From an uncultured Chitinophagales bacterium (lineage in GTDB: Bacteria > Bacteroidota > Rhodothermia > Balneolales > M1805), in NCBI GenBank assembly GCA_964575925.1, contig CAZNTR010000005.1, forward strand, positions 1-53,519: a DNA stretch of 53,519 nucleotides. Direction: 5' to 3'. A model generated the notes under the pieces. The model ran no database searches and had not been told where the DNA came from. It saw nothing but the letters and a program-made list of their open reading frames with translations. Within the stretch, counting starts at the first letter, position 1; each line of letters opens with the position of its first letter. The translations under genes were made by a program, and so were the position numbers. This document shows, one piece after another, positions 29,226-39,607 of the stretch.

Positions 29226-30080
29226 ATGAAATTGCCCTTTATTTTCGCTAAGCGTTTTGTAGCTGGTGAAACATTCGAACAAACGATTGCCAAGGTAAAA
29301 GACCTTAATTATAAAAAGATTAAAGTTTCTCTTGATTTACTTGGTGAAAATGTGAAAGATCGCAAAATTGCTGATGAAACTGTTGCGGCATACATAGATT
29401 TAGTAAAAGGAATTGAGGAAAACGGCTTAGATGCCACAATTTCAATAAAACTTACGATGTTAGGGTTAGATATTGATCGAGATTATTGTCGTGATAATTT
29501 GTTCAAACTACTTTCAGTAGCAAAAGCAAATAAACGCTTTGTACGCATCGATATGGAAGGATCGCCTTACACTCAGGTCTCTGTTGTGATGTATAAAGAA
29601 GCTTTAGCCAAATTTGGAAGTAAAGTAGTTGGTTTAGTATTACAAGCTTATTTGAAAAGAACAGAAGTTGATGTGAACGAATTGGCAAAATTGGGTGGCG
29701 ATATTAGAATTTGTAAAGGTGCTTACAAAGAACCTGCAGAAATAGCTATTAAGGAAATGCCAGAAATTCGCAAAGCGTATTTGCGCTACGCCAAACATTT
29801 AATTGACAATACAGCTTATCCAAGAATCGCGACACATGACGATGAGTTAATCGATGCTGTTTTAGCTTATACCAAAGAAAAGAACATTTCAAAAGATCGT
29901 TTTGAATTTCAAATGTTATATGGTTTGCGTCAGAATACCTGTGAAAAACTTGCTGCAGAAGGCTATAATGTGCGTGTTTATGTTCCTTATGGTACCATGT
30001 GGCTTCCTTATTTTACACGCAGATTAGCTGAAAGAAAAGAAAATATTTTCTTTGTGCTTACCGCAATGTTTAAAGGCTAA
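29226..30080 (+). CDS. Monofunctional proline dehydrogenase
   Basis: RFVAGE, RIDMEG, LQAYLKR, CKGAYKE, IATHD, EFQMLYG and VYVPYG motifs. Confidence 0.95.
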   Translation: MKLPFIFAKRFVAGETFEQTIAKVKDLNYKKIKVSLDLLGENVKDRKIADETVAAYIDLVKGIEENGLDATISIKLTMLGLDIDRDYCRDNLFKLLSVAKANKRFVRIDMEGSPYTQVSVVMYKEALAKFGSKVVGLVLQAYLKRTEVDVNELAKLGGDIRICKGAYKEPAEIAIKEMPEIRKAYLRYAKHLIDNTAYPRIATHDDELIDAVLAYTKEKNISKDRFEFQMLYGLRQNTCEKLAAEGYNVRVYVPYGTMWLPYFTRRLAERKENIFFVLTAMFKG

Positions 30081-30090
30081 TACTTAGTTT

Positions 30091-32541
30091 TTGGTATGTT
30101 TATTGTCGAATAGCAAAATAACATATTATTTGATTAAATATCCTGCAATTAAGGTGTTAGTGCCATTAATTGCAGGTATTTTTGTTTCAAATTGTTCTGA
30201 TTTTTCTCTTTTTATTGCGCTTTTCGTTTCTTTATTATCTTTTTCAGGATTACTCATTTTAGAGCGAAAGGGGATTTCGAAAATTGAATCTGTTTCGATT
30301 CCATTCTTATTCATTTTTATTGCTTGTGTTAGTTTTTTTCGTACCGAAGTCGAAGAGAAAACAAAATTAGCAATGTTTCGATTCTTTGAGAAGGTCGTAC
30401 AATTCGCAGATTCGGTTTACCTATTTGGGGAAATAAATGAAGTAAAAGAAACCAATAGAGCGGTTACTTACACTATAAAACTCGATTCACTACAAGCAAA
30501 TTATTATTCAGAATCTCTTCGTCAATTTAAATTTATCCCGAAATCTGAAGCTCAAATTCAGTTAGTACAATATGTTGATGACTTCAATAGCGATGAGAAA
30601 AATCTCTTGCTTTCGGGGCAAAAAATTAGTGCAAATGGGACTTTTCGATCAATCAAAGAAAAGAGAAATCCTCATCAGTTTGATTATGCCTCGTATTTAT
30701 ATTCAAAAGGAATCTTAGGGCAATTTGTAATTCAAGAGATTTTATCAACAAAACCGCCTAATTGGCTTTCAGAAGTAAAGAATAAATTTCACAGAGCTGT
30801 GGAATTAATTTTTTCTGAAAAACATACTGGATTGGCAAAAGCCTTAATTCTGGGGGATAAATCAGCTATTGACCCCGATACACGCCTCGCTTTTAATCGA
30901 TCTGGTTTGGCACATTTAATGGCTGTATCTGGACTTCATGTTGGTTTTTTAATAGCACCATTTTGGTTTATTATTCCATTTTTTTGGACTCGTCAAATCG
31001 CTCGGCATATTAGCATTGGTTTATTGGCATTTACTCTTTTAGGTTATTGTTGGTTAACGGGATTTTCTCCTTCCGTTGTTCGCGCTTCCCTTATGGTCTT
31101 CATTTTTTCGTATGCTAAATTGTATGAACAAATTCGAACACCTATGAATATTGTTGGTTTTGCAGCAATTTGTTTGTTAGTCTATAAACCTAATTACATT
31201 TTTGATGTCGGATTTCAGTTATCATTTGGAGCTGTTTCGTTAATAATTACAGTGTTTCCTTTTTTTCAACGATTGATGGGAAAACAATCATTTTGGAAAA
31301 AAATACTTAGCTCTATTTTACTAGGAATTGTTGTTCAATTGGGTTTGGCTCCATTGTTAGTGTCTTATTTTGGTGAGTTATCTATCATTTCACCATTAAC
31401 CAATTTGGTAGCTATGATTCCAGCCTCTATCATGGTATTAGCTGGATTACTAGGTACAATTTCGGTAATCATTTTTCCAAGTTTTGCCCCTATGTTGAGT
31501 TATCCTCTCAATTTTGTTGCCTTGAGTTTAGAGTGGCTTGCAAAATATTTTTCAACAACAGAATTTAGTTATGCCGTGTTTTCTGCACCTTCTCCCTTAG
31601 TTTTGATCATCTGGTTTTTCTTTCTTGGCACATTGGCAATTTGGCAAAATCACGAATTTCGGTGGAAATGGATTATTCTTACTTTAAGCACAGTTGCTTT
31701 TTTCGGTTTGAGTAATCTTTTAGAATCAATTCAAGAAAAACCATTTAAAGTCATAGTGTTCGATATTGGTCAAGGCGATGCCAATTTTATCGAAACGCCA
31801 GACGGAAAAACAATGTTGATTGATACCGGAATTTGGTCGCCGAATTTCAATTCTGGTACCAGAACTATTTTACCAGAATTAAATGCAATGGGTGTAAAAC
31901 ATATAAATGCACTTGTACTTACGCATCCTCATGCCGATCATATTGGAGGAACAAAACCCGTTTTAGAGAAATTTAAAGTAGATACCTTATTTACTGATTC
32001 CTCTTCTGTATTACATAAAAGTAAGATTTATGAAGAAATTCTAGCATTAGCAAAAGAAAAGAATATCCCAATCAAACCCGTATTTTCAGGTGATAAGATT
32101 GATTTAGGGAAATCAGTAAATGTGAGGGTTGTTTGGCCTCTGAGAAGATTTAGTTCAACAAATTTGAATGAAATATCGACAGTAATTAGACTGGATTACA
32201 AAAAGAATTCGTTTTTATTTACAGGTGACACAGAAGATGCTGGAGAAGAATGGATGAGTGAACAGTTGAATGAGGTAATTGATACCGATTTTTTAAAAGT
32301 TGGTCATCATGGAAGTAGATCGAGCTCACATAAGCCATTTTTGGAAGATAACACCCCAATTTTTGCAAGCGTTTCTTTGGCAGAAGTGAATAAGTATAAA
32401 CATCCTCATGCAGAATCTATGTTAAGACTTCAGGAATTCACAAACGCAATTCATTTTACAAGTCTATCTGGCGCAGCTATTTATGAGTCAAATGGTAATG
32501 AAATACAAAAAATAGATTGGCGTGAAAAGTCAAAACGATGA
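30091..32541 (+). CDS. comEC: DNA internalization competence protein ComEC/Rec2
   Basis: RNP..FDY, GLAHLMAVSGLHV, SPSVVRA and GFQLSF motifs; MBL domain DIGQGDA, THPHADH and KVGHHGS. The start codon is uncertain. Confidence 0.95.
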   Translation: MVCLLSNSKITYYLIKYPAIKVLVPLIAGIFVSNCSDFSLFIALFVSLLSFSGLLILERKGISKIESVSIPFLFIFIACVSFFRTEVEEKTKLAMFRFFEKVVQFADSVYLFGEINEVKETNRAVTYTIKLDSLQANYYSESLRQFKFIPKSEAQIQLVQYVDDFNSDEKNLLLSGQKISANGTFRSIKEKRNPHQFDYASYLYSKGILGQFVIQEILSTKPPNWLSEVKNKFHRAVELIFSEKHTGLAKALILGDKSAIDPDTRLAFNRSGLAHLMAVSGLHVGFLIAPFWFIIPFFWTRQIARHISIGLLAFTLLGYCWLTGFSPSVVRASLMVFIFSYAKLYEQIRTPMNIVGFAAICLLVYKPNYIFDVGFQLSFGAVSLIITVFPFFQRLMGKQSFWKKILSSILLGIVVQLGLAPLLVSYFGELSIISPLTNLVAMIPASIMVLAGLLGTISVIIFPSFAPMLSYPLNFVALSLEWLAKYFSTTEFSYAVFSAPSPLVLIIWFFFLGTLAIWQNHEFRWKWIILTLSTVAFFGLSNLLESIQEKPFKVIVFDIGQGDANFIETPDGKTMLIDTGIWSPNFNSGTRTILPELNAMGVKHINALVLTHPHADHIGGTKPVLEKFKVDTLFTDSSSVLHKSKIYEEILALAKEKNIPIKPVFSGDKIDLGKSVNVRVVWPLRRFSSTNLNEISTVIRLDYKKNSFLFTGDTEDAGEEWMSEQLNEVIDTDFLKVGHHGSRSSSHKPFLEDNTPIFASVSLAEVNKYKHPHAESMLRLQEFTNAIHFTSLSGAAIYESNGNEIQKIDWREKSKR

Positions 32542-32710
32542 ACGCTATAAAATTAAAAAGAGTATAAATTTGCGAGTAAACCAAGCTATAATTACAGCCA
32601 TCTTGTAGTAACTATTGAAATTGTGGATAACATGTGAATGAGATTGAATAATTTCAAATAAAACCGTATTTTAACAGACTGTACAAGAATTGTATAAACA
32701 GCTGTTTAAT

Positions 32711-34051
32711 ATGTTTGAAGATTTATCTGATAAACTTTCCGCCGCATTTCAAGGAATTAGCGGAAAGGCAAAACTTACCGATGTAAATATCGCCGAAACG
32801 GTTCGGGAAATCCGTCGTGCATTATTAGATGCCGATGTGAACTATGAAGTTGCTCGTGATTTCACAAATAAAGTGAAAGATGAGGCAATGGGCTCCGGAG
32901 TTCTTACTAGTGTTCAGCCAGGTCAGATGTTCACAAAAATCATTTATGATGAACTTGTTGATGTCCTTGGCGGGGAAAAAGTCGACATCAATTTTTCAAA
33001 AAACTCTCTAAGTGTTATTCTAATTGCAGGTCTTCAGGGCTCTGGAAAGACAACATTTGTAGGCAAATTAGCCAAATACTTAAAAGATAATAATAAAACC
33101 CCAATGGTCGCTGCAGCTGACGTTTATCGTCCGGCTGCTGTAGAACAGTTAAAAACACTTGCGGCACAGGTTGGGGTTCCAGTTTATTCGATTGAAGCCA
33201 AAGATGCCGTTCGTGTTGCCAAAGAAGCAGTTGATGCTGCAAAAAAAGCTGCTTGTGATGTTTTAATTATTGATACCGCCGGTCGTCTCCACGTTGATGA
33301 GGAGATGATGAACGAGGTGGCGAAAATAAAAGAAATTGTAATGCCATCTGAAACCTTGTTTGTTGTGGATTCCATGACGGGGCAAGACGCAGTAAACACA
33401 GCAAAAGAATTTCATAACCGCATTAACTTTGATGGTGTTGTATTAACAAAATTAGACGGTGATACCAGAGGTGGTGCCGCTCTTTCCATCAAAACTGTAG
33501 TAAAAAAACCTATTAAATTCGTAAGTACAGGTGAAAAACTCGACGCTTTAAGTCCGTTTTATCCTGATCGTATGGCGCAGCGAATTTTAGGAATGGGAGA
33601 TGTTGTTTCCTTAGTTGAAAAAGCTCAAGAGCAATTCGACGAGAAAGAAGCACGCAAATTAGAGAAAAAAATTCAATCGAATTCTTTTACTCTTGAAGAT
33701 TTTTATGAGCAACTACAACAAATCAAAAAAATGGGCTCGCTCACCGATTTGTTGTCTATGGTTCCCGGAATGGGGAAAACTCTCAAAGATGTGGATATCG
33801 ATGATGGTGCCTTTAAACCAATTGAGGCAATTATTAACTCGATGACCCAACACGAACGCCAAAGCCCTGAAATTATTAACGGTTCAAGGAAACGCCGCAT
33901 TGCGGATGGATCTGGTACAAGCGTTCGTGATATAAACGAGTTACTTAAACAGTTCGAACAGATGAAGAAAATGATGAAAACCATGTCGAAGTTTTCTAAG
34001 ATGGGAAGAGCTGCACAAGGACTCAAAAACATGCCTTTCATGAAAAGGTAA
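32711..34051 (+). CDS. ffh: Signal recognition particle protein Ffh
   Basis: [21 protein letters not shown] and TKLDGD motifs; M domain SRKRRIA. Start at ATG 32711 (MFEDLS). Confidence 0.99.
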   Translation: MFEDLSDKLSAAFQGISGKAKLTDVNIAETVREIRRALLDADVNYEVARDFTNKVKDEAMGSGVLTSVQPGQMFTKIIYDELVDVLGGEKVDINFSKNSLSVILIAGLQGSGKTTFVGKLAKYLKDNNKTPMVAAADVYRPAAVEQLKTLAAQVGVPVYSIEAKDAVRVAKEAVDAAKKAACDVLIIDTAGRLHVDEEMMNEVAKIKEIVMPSETLFVVDSMTGQDAVNTAKEFHNRINFDGVVLTKLDGDTRGGAALSIKTVVKKPIKFVSTGEKLDALSPFYPDRMAQRILGMGDVVSLVEKAQEQFDEKEARKLEKKIQSNSFTLEDFYEQLQQIKKMGSLTDLLSMVPGMGKTLKDVDIDDGAFKPIEAIINSMTQHERQSPEIINGSRKRRIADGSGTSVRDINELLKQFEQMKKMMKTMSKFSKMGRAAQGLKNMPFMKR

Positions 34052-34087
34052 TTATTAACTAAAAAAAATCCAAAGCAGGAGATAATC

Positions 34088-34714
34088 TTGGTTAGAATTC
34101 GTTTACAGCGTCACGGACGCAAGAAAAAACCTTATTACCATATCGTTGCAGCAGACATTCGCAAAAAACGCGATGGTGGTATCATTGATGATTTAGGCCG
34201 ATATAATCCGGTTGCAAACCCGAAAACAATAAGTTTAGAAACTGACCGTGTGATTTACTGGTTGCAAAATGGTGCACAGCCTTCAGAAGCTGTTAAAGGT
34301 TTATTAAAAGCTGAAGGTATTTATTACCGTTTGCACTTAATTCGTTGGGGCAAATCAGCAGAAGAAATTGAACAAACTGTAGCTGACTGGAAAGCTGGCA
34401 AAGGTGAGGAAAAAACTCTTTCACGCGTAGAAATTAAACGTGCTGCCCTGAAAGCAGAACAAGAGCAAGTAAGTGTAGCTCGTGCTGAAGCTGCTGCAAC
34501 AAAAGCCGCTGAAGAAGCTGCCGCCGCCGCAAAAGCCGCTGAAGCTGCTGATGCTGCAAAAGCCACTGAAGCTGCTGCTGCTGCAAAAGCCGCTGAAGAA
34601 GCTGGCGCACAATCTGTTGCAGAGGAAGTTGCATCTGCTGCTCCCGCAGAAGCTGCTCCCGCAGAAGCTGCTCCCGCATCTGCTGCTCCCGCAGAAGCTT
34701 CAACTGAAGAATAA
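34088..34714 (+). CDS. rpsP: 30S ribosomal protein S16 with Ala/Glu/Lys-rich C-terminal extension
   Basis: VRIRLQRHGRKKKPYY, RDG and WLQNGAQPS motifs; TTG start after AGGAG. Confidence 0.97.
   Translation: MVRIRLQRHGRKKKPYYHIVAADIRKKRDGGIIDDLGRYNPVANPKTISLETDRVIYWLQNGAQPSEAVKGLLKAEGIYYRLHLIRWGKSAEEIEQTVADWKAGKGEEKTLSRVEIKRAALKAEQEQVSVARAEAAATKAAEEAAAAAKAAEAADAAKATEAAAAAKAAEEAGAQSVAEEVASAAPAEAAPAEAAPASAAPAEASTEE
34637..34696 (+). repeat. Coding tandem repeat, 4 x 15 bp (GCTGCTCCCGCAGAA; AAPAE)
   Basis: Units at 34637, 34652, 34667 (variant) and 34682. Confidence 0.9.
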
Positions 34715-34737
34715 TTTAAACGGATTATTCGGCCGTA

Positions 34738-35265
34738 ATGACATCTGGATTTGAACAGGTCGGTAAAGTAATAAAAGTACACGGTTTAAAGGGTGAGGTA
34801 ATTATTGAACCCAATGTAGCCGAACCGACTCAATTAGAATCAATTGAAGTGTTTTATGTGAAAAATAGACGCGGTGATGTGGAGCCCTACCGAGTAGAGC
34901 AAAGCAAAATTATTGAAAAAAGTAACCGCTATTCGTTCTTTGTCAAATTTGTTTCTCTTAACGACCGATCACAAGCCGAACATCTTCGAAATAAAGAAGT
35001 AATGATTCCGGCCTATGAATATGAGAATTTAGATCCGTTTGAATTTTCATTTCATGAGTGCATCGAATGGGAGGTCTTCACTGAACACGGTATCCATGTG
35101 GGCAAAATAATTGATGTAATGGATAATACGGTTCAAGAGTTGTTAGAAGTCAGAACACTGGAAGGTGTTGTGCTCATACCCGCAGTTGATGAATACATCG
35201 CGGATGTGGATATGGAAAATGAACAACTGATTGTGAAAGACATTAAATCGCTAATGGAGTTATAA
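34738..35265 (+). CDS. rimM: Ribosome maturation factor RimM
   Basis: VGKVIKVHGLKGEV motif, PRC-barrel VLIPAV and operon position. Confidence 0.95.
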   Translation: MTSGFEQVGKVIKVHGLKGEVIIEPNVAEPTQLESIEVFYVKNRRGDVEPYRVEQSKIIEKSNRYSFFVKFVSLNDRSQAEHLRNKEVMIPAYEYENLDPFEFSFHECIEWEVFTEHGIHVGKIIDVMDNTVQELLEVRTLEGVVLIPAVDEYIADVDMENEQLIVKDIKSLMEL

Positions 35266-35269
35266 CCCA

Positions 35270-35962
35270 ATGCGAATTGATGTTATCTCTGCTGTACCAA
35301 AACTACTTGAAAGTCCAATAGATCATTCAATTGTAAAACGGGCTCGAAAAGCTGGTTTAGCCGAAATTTTAATTCACGATTTGAGAGATTTCACTAAGGA
35401 TAAGCATCGCAGAGTCGATGATACCCCTTACGGAGGTGGCGCTGGCATGGTATTAAGCGCGCAACCGATTTTCGACTGCATCGAGCAACTGCTCAGGCAA
35501 CGCAGATATGATCATATTATTTATACCGCCCCGGATGGAAAACTCTTCAATCAAACTGAAGCGAACCGAATTTCCCTCTCCGAGAACATCATCATTCTGT
35601 GCGGTCATTATAAGGGTGTTGATCATCGTGTAAGAGAACAGCTAATTACAGCTGAATATAGTATTGGTGACTATGTACTTTCGGGCGGTGAACTTCCTGC
35701 TTTGGTAATGATAGACGCACTAATACGGTTAATCCCCGGCACTATTGGAGATGCCGAGAGCGCACTGGAAGATTCGTTTCAAAACGGACTTTTAGGACCT
35801 CCGGTTTATACAAGACCAGCCGACTTTAGAGGACATCAGATACCTGATGCGCTTTTATCGGGAAATCACAAATTGATACATGAATGGAGAAGTACTAGTT
35901 CATTGGAACGCACAAAACAATTACGTCCCGATCTTTTCCAAACCTATTTAGATAACCATTAA
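35270..35962 (+). CDS. trmD: tRNA (guanine37-N1)-methyltransferase
   Basis: [32 protein letters not shown] and YTRP motifs. Confidence 0.99.
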   Translation: MRIDVISAVPKLLESPIDHSIVKRARKAGLAEILIHDLRDFTKDKHRRVDDTPYGGGAGMVLSAQPIFDCIEQLLRQRRYDHIIYTAPDGKLFNQTEANRISLSENIIILCGHYKGVDHRVREQLITAEYSIGDYVLSGGELPALVMIDALIRLIPGTIGDAESALEDSFQNGLLGPPVYTRPADFRGHQIPDALLSGNHKLIHEWRSTSSLERTKQLRPDLFQTYLDNH

Positions 35963-35988
35963 CGCGAAAGGCCAATAAGGTTAACGCC

Positions 35989-36336
35989 ATGAATAAATTA
36001 GACTTAGTCGAACAAACACAACTTCGTACCGACTTGCCAGTTTTCGAGCCGGGCGATACAATTAACATTCACTATCGCGTACGCGAGGGTGGAAAAGAAC
36101 GCATTCAGCAGTACCAAGGTGTAGTAATCGCTATCCGCGGTTCAGGTGCCAACCGTACTTTTACTGTACGTAAGATTTCAAACAACATTGGTGTTGAGCG
36201 TATCTTCCCCTTTTCTTCTCCATTTCTTTCATTGATTGAAATCAAGAAAAAAGGACGTGTACGTCGTGCGAAATTATTTTACTTACGTAACTTACGTGGT
36301 AAGGCAGCTCGTATTAAAGACAAAAACAAGTTCTAA
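35989..36336 (+). CDS. rplS: 50S ribosomal protein L19
   Basis: GDT, ERIQ, FTVRKIS, GVERIFP and [10 protein letters not shown] motifs. Confidence 0.99.
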   Translation: MNKLDLVEQTQLRTDLPVFEPGDTINIHYRVREGGKERIQQYQGVVIAIRGSGANRTFTVRKISNNIGVERIFPFSSPFLSLIEIKKKGRVRRAKLFYLRNLRGKAARIKDKNKF

Positions 36337-36341
36337 GGAAC

Positions 36342-36368
36342 AAAAAAAGGGGTCATTTGACCCCTTTT
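36342..36368. terminator. Bidirectional intrinsic terminator
   Basis: AAAAGGGGTC-ATTT-GACCCCTTTT hairpin between convergent rplS and mrp. Confidence 0.88.
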
Positions 36369-36400
36369 CATTTTATATAGACATTGTACTGTAAACGTTC

Positions 36401-37504
36401 TTAGGGCTTAAATAAAATATCTATTTTCTCTGTGGGTGATTGCTCCGCATTTCTAATTGAAACTTGCTGAGCAACTTTTTGTGCCATTTCTGTTAAAGCA
36501 ATTGCTGCTAGAGATTCTGGATTTCCAACAACAATAGGAATTCCTTCATCACCACCTTCTCGAACAAATTGTTCTAATGGTATTTCTCCTAAAAATGGAA
36601 CACCCATTTTCGAAGCAAGATTTTTTGCTCCATCTTGTCCAAAGATGTGATACTTTTTGTCTAGTGCATCTGGTGGAATGAAGTAAGCCATGTTTTCAAC
36701 AATTCCTAAAACGGGAACATTCACTTTTTGGAACATGGCAACGCCTTTTATAGCATCGTCTAAAGCAACCGTTTGAGGTGTTGAAACAATAACAGCACCT
36801 GTTAGAGGTACGGTTTGAACTATTGTAAGTTGAATATCACCTGTGCCTGGTGGTAAATCCATCACTAAATAATCCAATTCATCCCACATTACCTCAGTTA
36901 AAAATTGTTTAACTGCGCTTGATGCCATTGGGCCACGCCAAACAACAGCTTCACTTTGATCAACTAAAAAACCCATGGAGAGGAGTTTAACTCCATATTT
37001 TTCTAGGGGTAATAATTTCTTATGAGTGGTAATACTGGGTCTTTCTCTCATGTTAAACATGGTAGGAATACTTGGTCCGTAAACATCAGCATCAACAAGT
37101 CCAACTTTTGCACCACTTTGAGCTAAAGAAATAGCCAAATTAACGGCTATAGTTGATTTCCCTACTCCACCTTTACCAGATGCAACAGCAATAATATTTT
37201 TTACTTTTTTAAGTAATTCATTTGGATTGCTATGCCCAGCGTTTACAGGTGCAGTAACTTTAGAAGACATTAATGCATCAACAACGACTTCTTTATCTAT
37301 TAAATGATGAATTGCATTAACACATGCTCGTTGAATTTGCTCTTTCATAGGACAAGCTGGTGTTGTTAAATTAACAACGAAAGAAACATGCTTGTCTTTA
37401 ATTGAAATGTCCTCAACCATGTTAAGCGTTACAATGTCTTTTCCCAAATCGGGATCAATAACATTTGATAAGGCAAATAAAACCTGATCTTTAGTAATAG
37501 CCAT
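36401..37504 (-). CDS. mrp: Mrp/ApbC Fe-S cluster carrier ATPase with N-terminal DUF59
   Basis: DPDLGKDIV, TTPACP, SGKGGVGKS, DADVYGPS, WRGPM and DLPPGTGD motifs. Confidence 0.96.
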   Translation of the reverse strand: MAITKDQVLFALSNVIDPDLGKDIVTLNMVEDISIKDKHVSFVVNLTTPACPMKEQIQRACVNAIHHLIDKEVVVDALMSSKVTAPVNAGHSNPNELLKKVKNIIAVASGKGGVGKSTIAVNLAISLAQSGAKVGLVDADVYGPSIPTMFNMRERPSITTHKKLLPLEKYGVKLLSMGFLVDQSEAVVWRGPMASSAVKQFLTEVMWDELDYLVMDLPPGTGDIQLTIVQTVPLTGAVIVSTPQTVALDDAIKGVAMFQKVNVPVLGIVENMAYFIPPDALDKKYHIFGQDGAKNLASKMGVPFLGEIPLEQFVREGGDEGIPIVVGNPESLAAIALTEMAQKVAQQVSIRNAEQSPTEKIDILFKP

Positions 37505-37740
37505 ATTGTTGTAAATATTTGAATAAACGATTATTTCTTAAAGGTACAAAGACTGAAAGCGTTTTTAATTACAAAATCTTAAAAAGCCTGAGGTCAATTT
37601 CTCCCTTATGAGTTTCAGGGTTCGTATATTACATAGCTTTTATAAGTACTTCAATTCATTCTGCCAATAACTCATATCAGTTCAAATGGTAGAAATTATA
37701 AAGTAACCGTTTACCAGTTTAAATTACACAAGGGAAAATA

Positions 37741-38838
37741 ATGTTAAAACGTACTCAATTTTATCAAGCACATAAAGACTCTTCTGCAAAACTTATTGAT
37801 TTTGGTGGATTTGAAATGCCTGTTAATTACGAAGGAATTAAAGCGGAGCACAATTGTGTTCGGGAAGCTGTAGGTGTGTTTGATGTATCTCATATGGGTG
37901 AGATTTTTATTAGTGGAAGTGATTCACTTTCATTTATACAAAAAATTACCATAAACGATGCTTCAAAATTAGTTCCAGGAAAGGCTCAATATTCAGCGAT
38001 GTGTTACGAAAATGGTGGAATTGTCGATGATTTATTAGTGTACATGTTAGCTGAAAATGAGTACCTATTAGTAATCAATGCATCTAACATCGATAAAGAT
38101 GTTGCTTGGATGACTCAATTTGTATTTGGAGATGTAATAGTTGACAATAGATCTGAAAATATGTGTTTATTAGCTGTTCAAGGACCAAAATCTGTAGAAT
38201 TAATTCAGCGATTAACCGATTTAGACGTTTCTTCCATTTCCTATTATAGTTTTAAAATTGGCACGTTTTGCGGTATGTCGAATGTAATTGTATCGGCAAC
38301 TGGCTATACAGGCGAAAAAGGGTTTGAATTGTATTTTAATGAAAGTGATGGAAATCCTATAACTGTTTGGAATACATTAATGGAATCAGGCGCTGATTTA
38401 GGAATAAAACCCACTGGTTTAGGCGCAAGAGATACACTTCGTTTAGAAATGGGATACGCATTATATGGAAATGACATATCTTCAGAAACAAACCCTTATG
38501 AAGCAGGATTGGGCTGGATTACGAAATTAGATAAAGATGAGTTTAATGGAAAACAAGCTTTAGTAGCTATTAAAGCGAAAGGAGTTACACGAAAATTAAC
38601 AGGATTTATAGTTCAAGGTGAAAAACAAGTACCAAGAGCTCATTATGCTATTTGTAACGCAAATAGGGAAAAAATTGGAGAGGTTAGTAGTGGTGGACTT
38701 TCCATAACGCTGGGGACAGGTATTGGCTTGGGGTATGTCGATGCCGGCTATCTAAAAGTAAATACCGAGCTGTACATCTCAATACGTGGCAAACTAATAG
38801 CAGCACATATTACCAAACCTCCTTTTTTAAGGAAATAA
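37741..38838 (+). CDS. gcvT: Glycine cleavage system aminomethyltransferase T
   Basis: FGGFEMP, GVFDVSHMGE, TGYTGE and GLGARDTLRLEMG motifs. Confidence 0.98.
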   Translation: MLKRTQFYQAHKDSSAKLIDFGGFEMPVNYEGIKAEHNCVREAVGVFDVSHMGEIFISGSDSLSFIQKITINDASKLVPGKAQYSAMCYENGGIVDDLLVYMLAENEYLLVINASNIDKDVAWMTQFVFGDVIVDNRSENMCLLAVQGPKSVELIQRLTDLDVSSISYYSFKIGTFCGMSNVIVSATGYTGEKGFELYFNESDGNPITVWNTLMESGADLGIKPTGLGARDTLRLEMGYALYGNDISSETNPYEAGLGWITKLDKDEFNGKQALVAIKAKGVTRKLTGFIVQGEKQVPRAHYAICNANREKIGEVSSGGLSITLGTGIGLGYVDAGYLKVNTELYISIRGKLIAAHITKPPFLRK

Positions 38839-38851
38839 TAAAATAAACGAT

Positions 38852-39607
38852 ATGAATACTTTCATAGATGTTTTTGCTTCTGGGTCTTCCATTTCTGATG
38901 AAGACGTTAGGAATAAAATTGTAGTTGTAATAGATGTATTAAGAGCATCTTCAACCATAATTACGGCACTTCAAAACGGGGCGAAAGAAGTTATACCAGT
39001 TGAAGATATGTCTGCCGCTGGTAAAATCGCTCAAAACTTAGATGCAAGTAGATATCTGCTATGTGGTGAAAAAGATGGTATAACTATAGACGGATATCAT
39101 TTAGGAAATTCTCCCTTTGAATACGTGGAAGAGGTTGTAAAAGGCAAAACGCTTATTCTAACGACTACAAATGGTACTAAAGCGATTACAAAAGCACAAT
39201 TTGCAAAAAAAGTTATCATTGCAGGGTTCATAAATGCTGATGCCGTAATAGAGGAACTCAAAAAGTACAATGGAGATATAGCAATTATTTGTGCAGGTTG
39301 GAAAACAAGAATTTCACTTGAAGACCAACTATGTGCAGGTTATATTACTCGAAAATTGATGCAAGGAGTTTTGCCTGATAATGCTAGAGATGGCGCACGA
39401 ATGGCGTTTGTACTCAGTGAGAAATATCAAAATCAGATTACAGAGATTGTTCACTTGAGTAATCATGCAATGAGATTAATCGAATTAGGTTATGAAACAG
39501 ACATAGCTTATTGTTCTCAATTAAATACTACTACTGTTATCCCTGTTTTAAAAGAAGGAACCTTAATTAACGATAATGGCTCGGAAAAAAGTAACACCCT
39601 CAGATAA
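38852..39607 (+). CDS. comB: 2-phosphosulfolactate phosphatase family protein
   Basis: VVIDVLRASSTI, GNSPFE, TTTNGT and LEDQLCAG motifs. Confidence 0.9.
   Translation: MNTFIDVFASGSSISDEDVRNKIVVVIDVLRASSTIITALQNGAKEVIPVEDMSAAGKIAQNLDASRYLLCGEKDGITIDGYHLGNSPFEYVEEVVKGKTLILTTTNGTKAITKAQFAKKVIIAGFINADAVIEELKKYNGDIAIICAGWKTRISLEDQLCAGYITRKLMQGVLPDNARDGARMAFVLSEKYQNQITEIVHLSNHAMRLIELGYETDIAYCSQLNTTTVIPVLKEGTLINDNGSEKSNTLR

Noticed and set aside
32542-32710. Replication origin oriC
   Set aside because: Only one perfect DnaA box in 170 bp, no dnaA/dnaN/gidA context, and GC skew cannot be assessed from this window.
34324-34782. Four overlapping alternative ORFs in rpsP
   Set aside because: Shadow frames produced by the stop-poor GCT/GCA repeats.
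37505-37740. Glycine riboswitch upstream of gcvT
   Set aside because: A TTTCAGG is present, but the GGAGA...CCGAAG aptamer core is absent on the + strand, and the promoter-like motif (37623) lies downstream of it.
38852-39607. Coenzyme M biosynthesis
   Set aside because: ComB homologues are widespread phosphatases, and no comA/C/D/E gene is present here.
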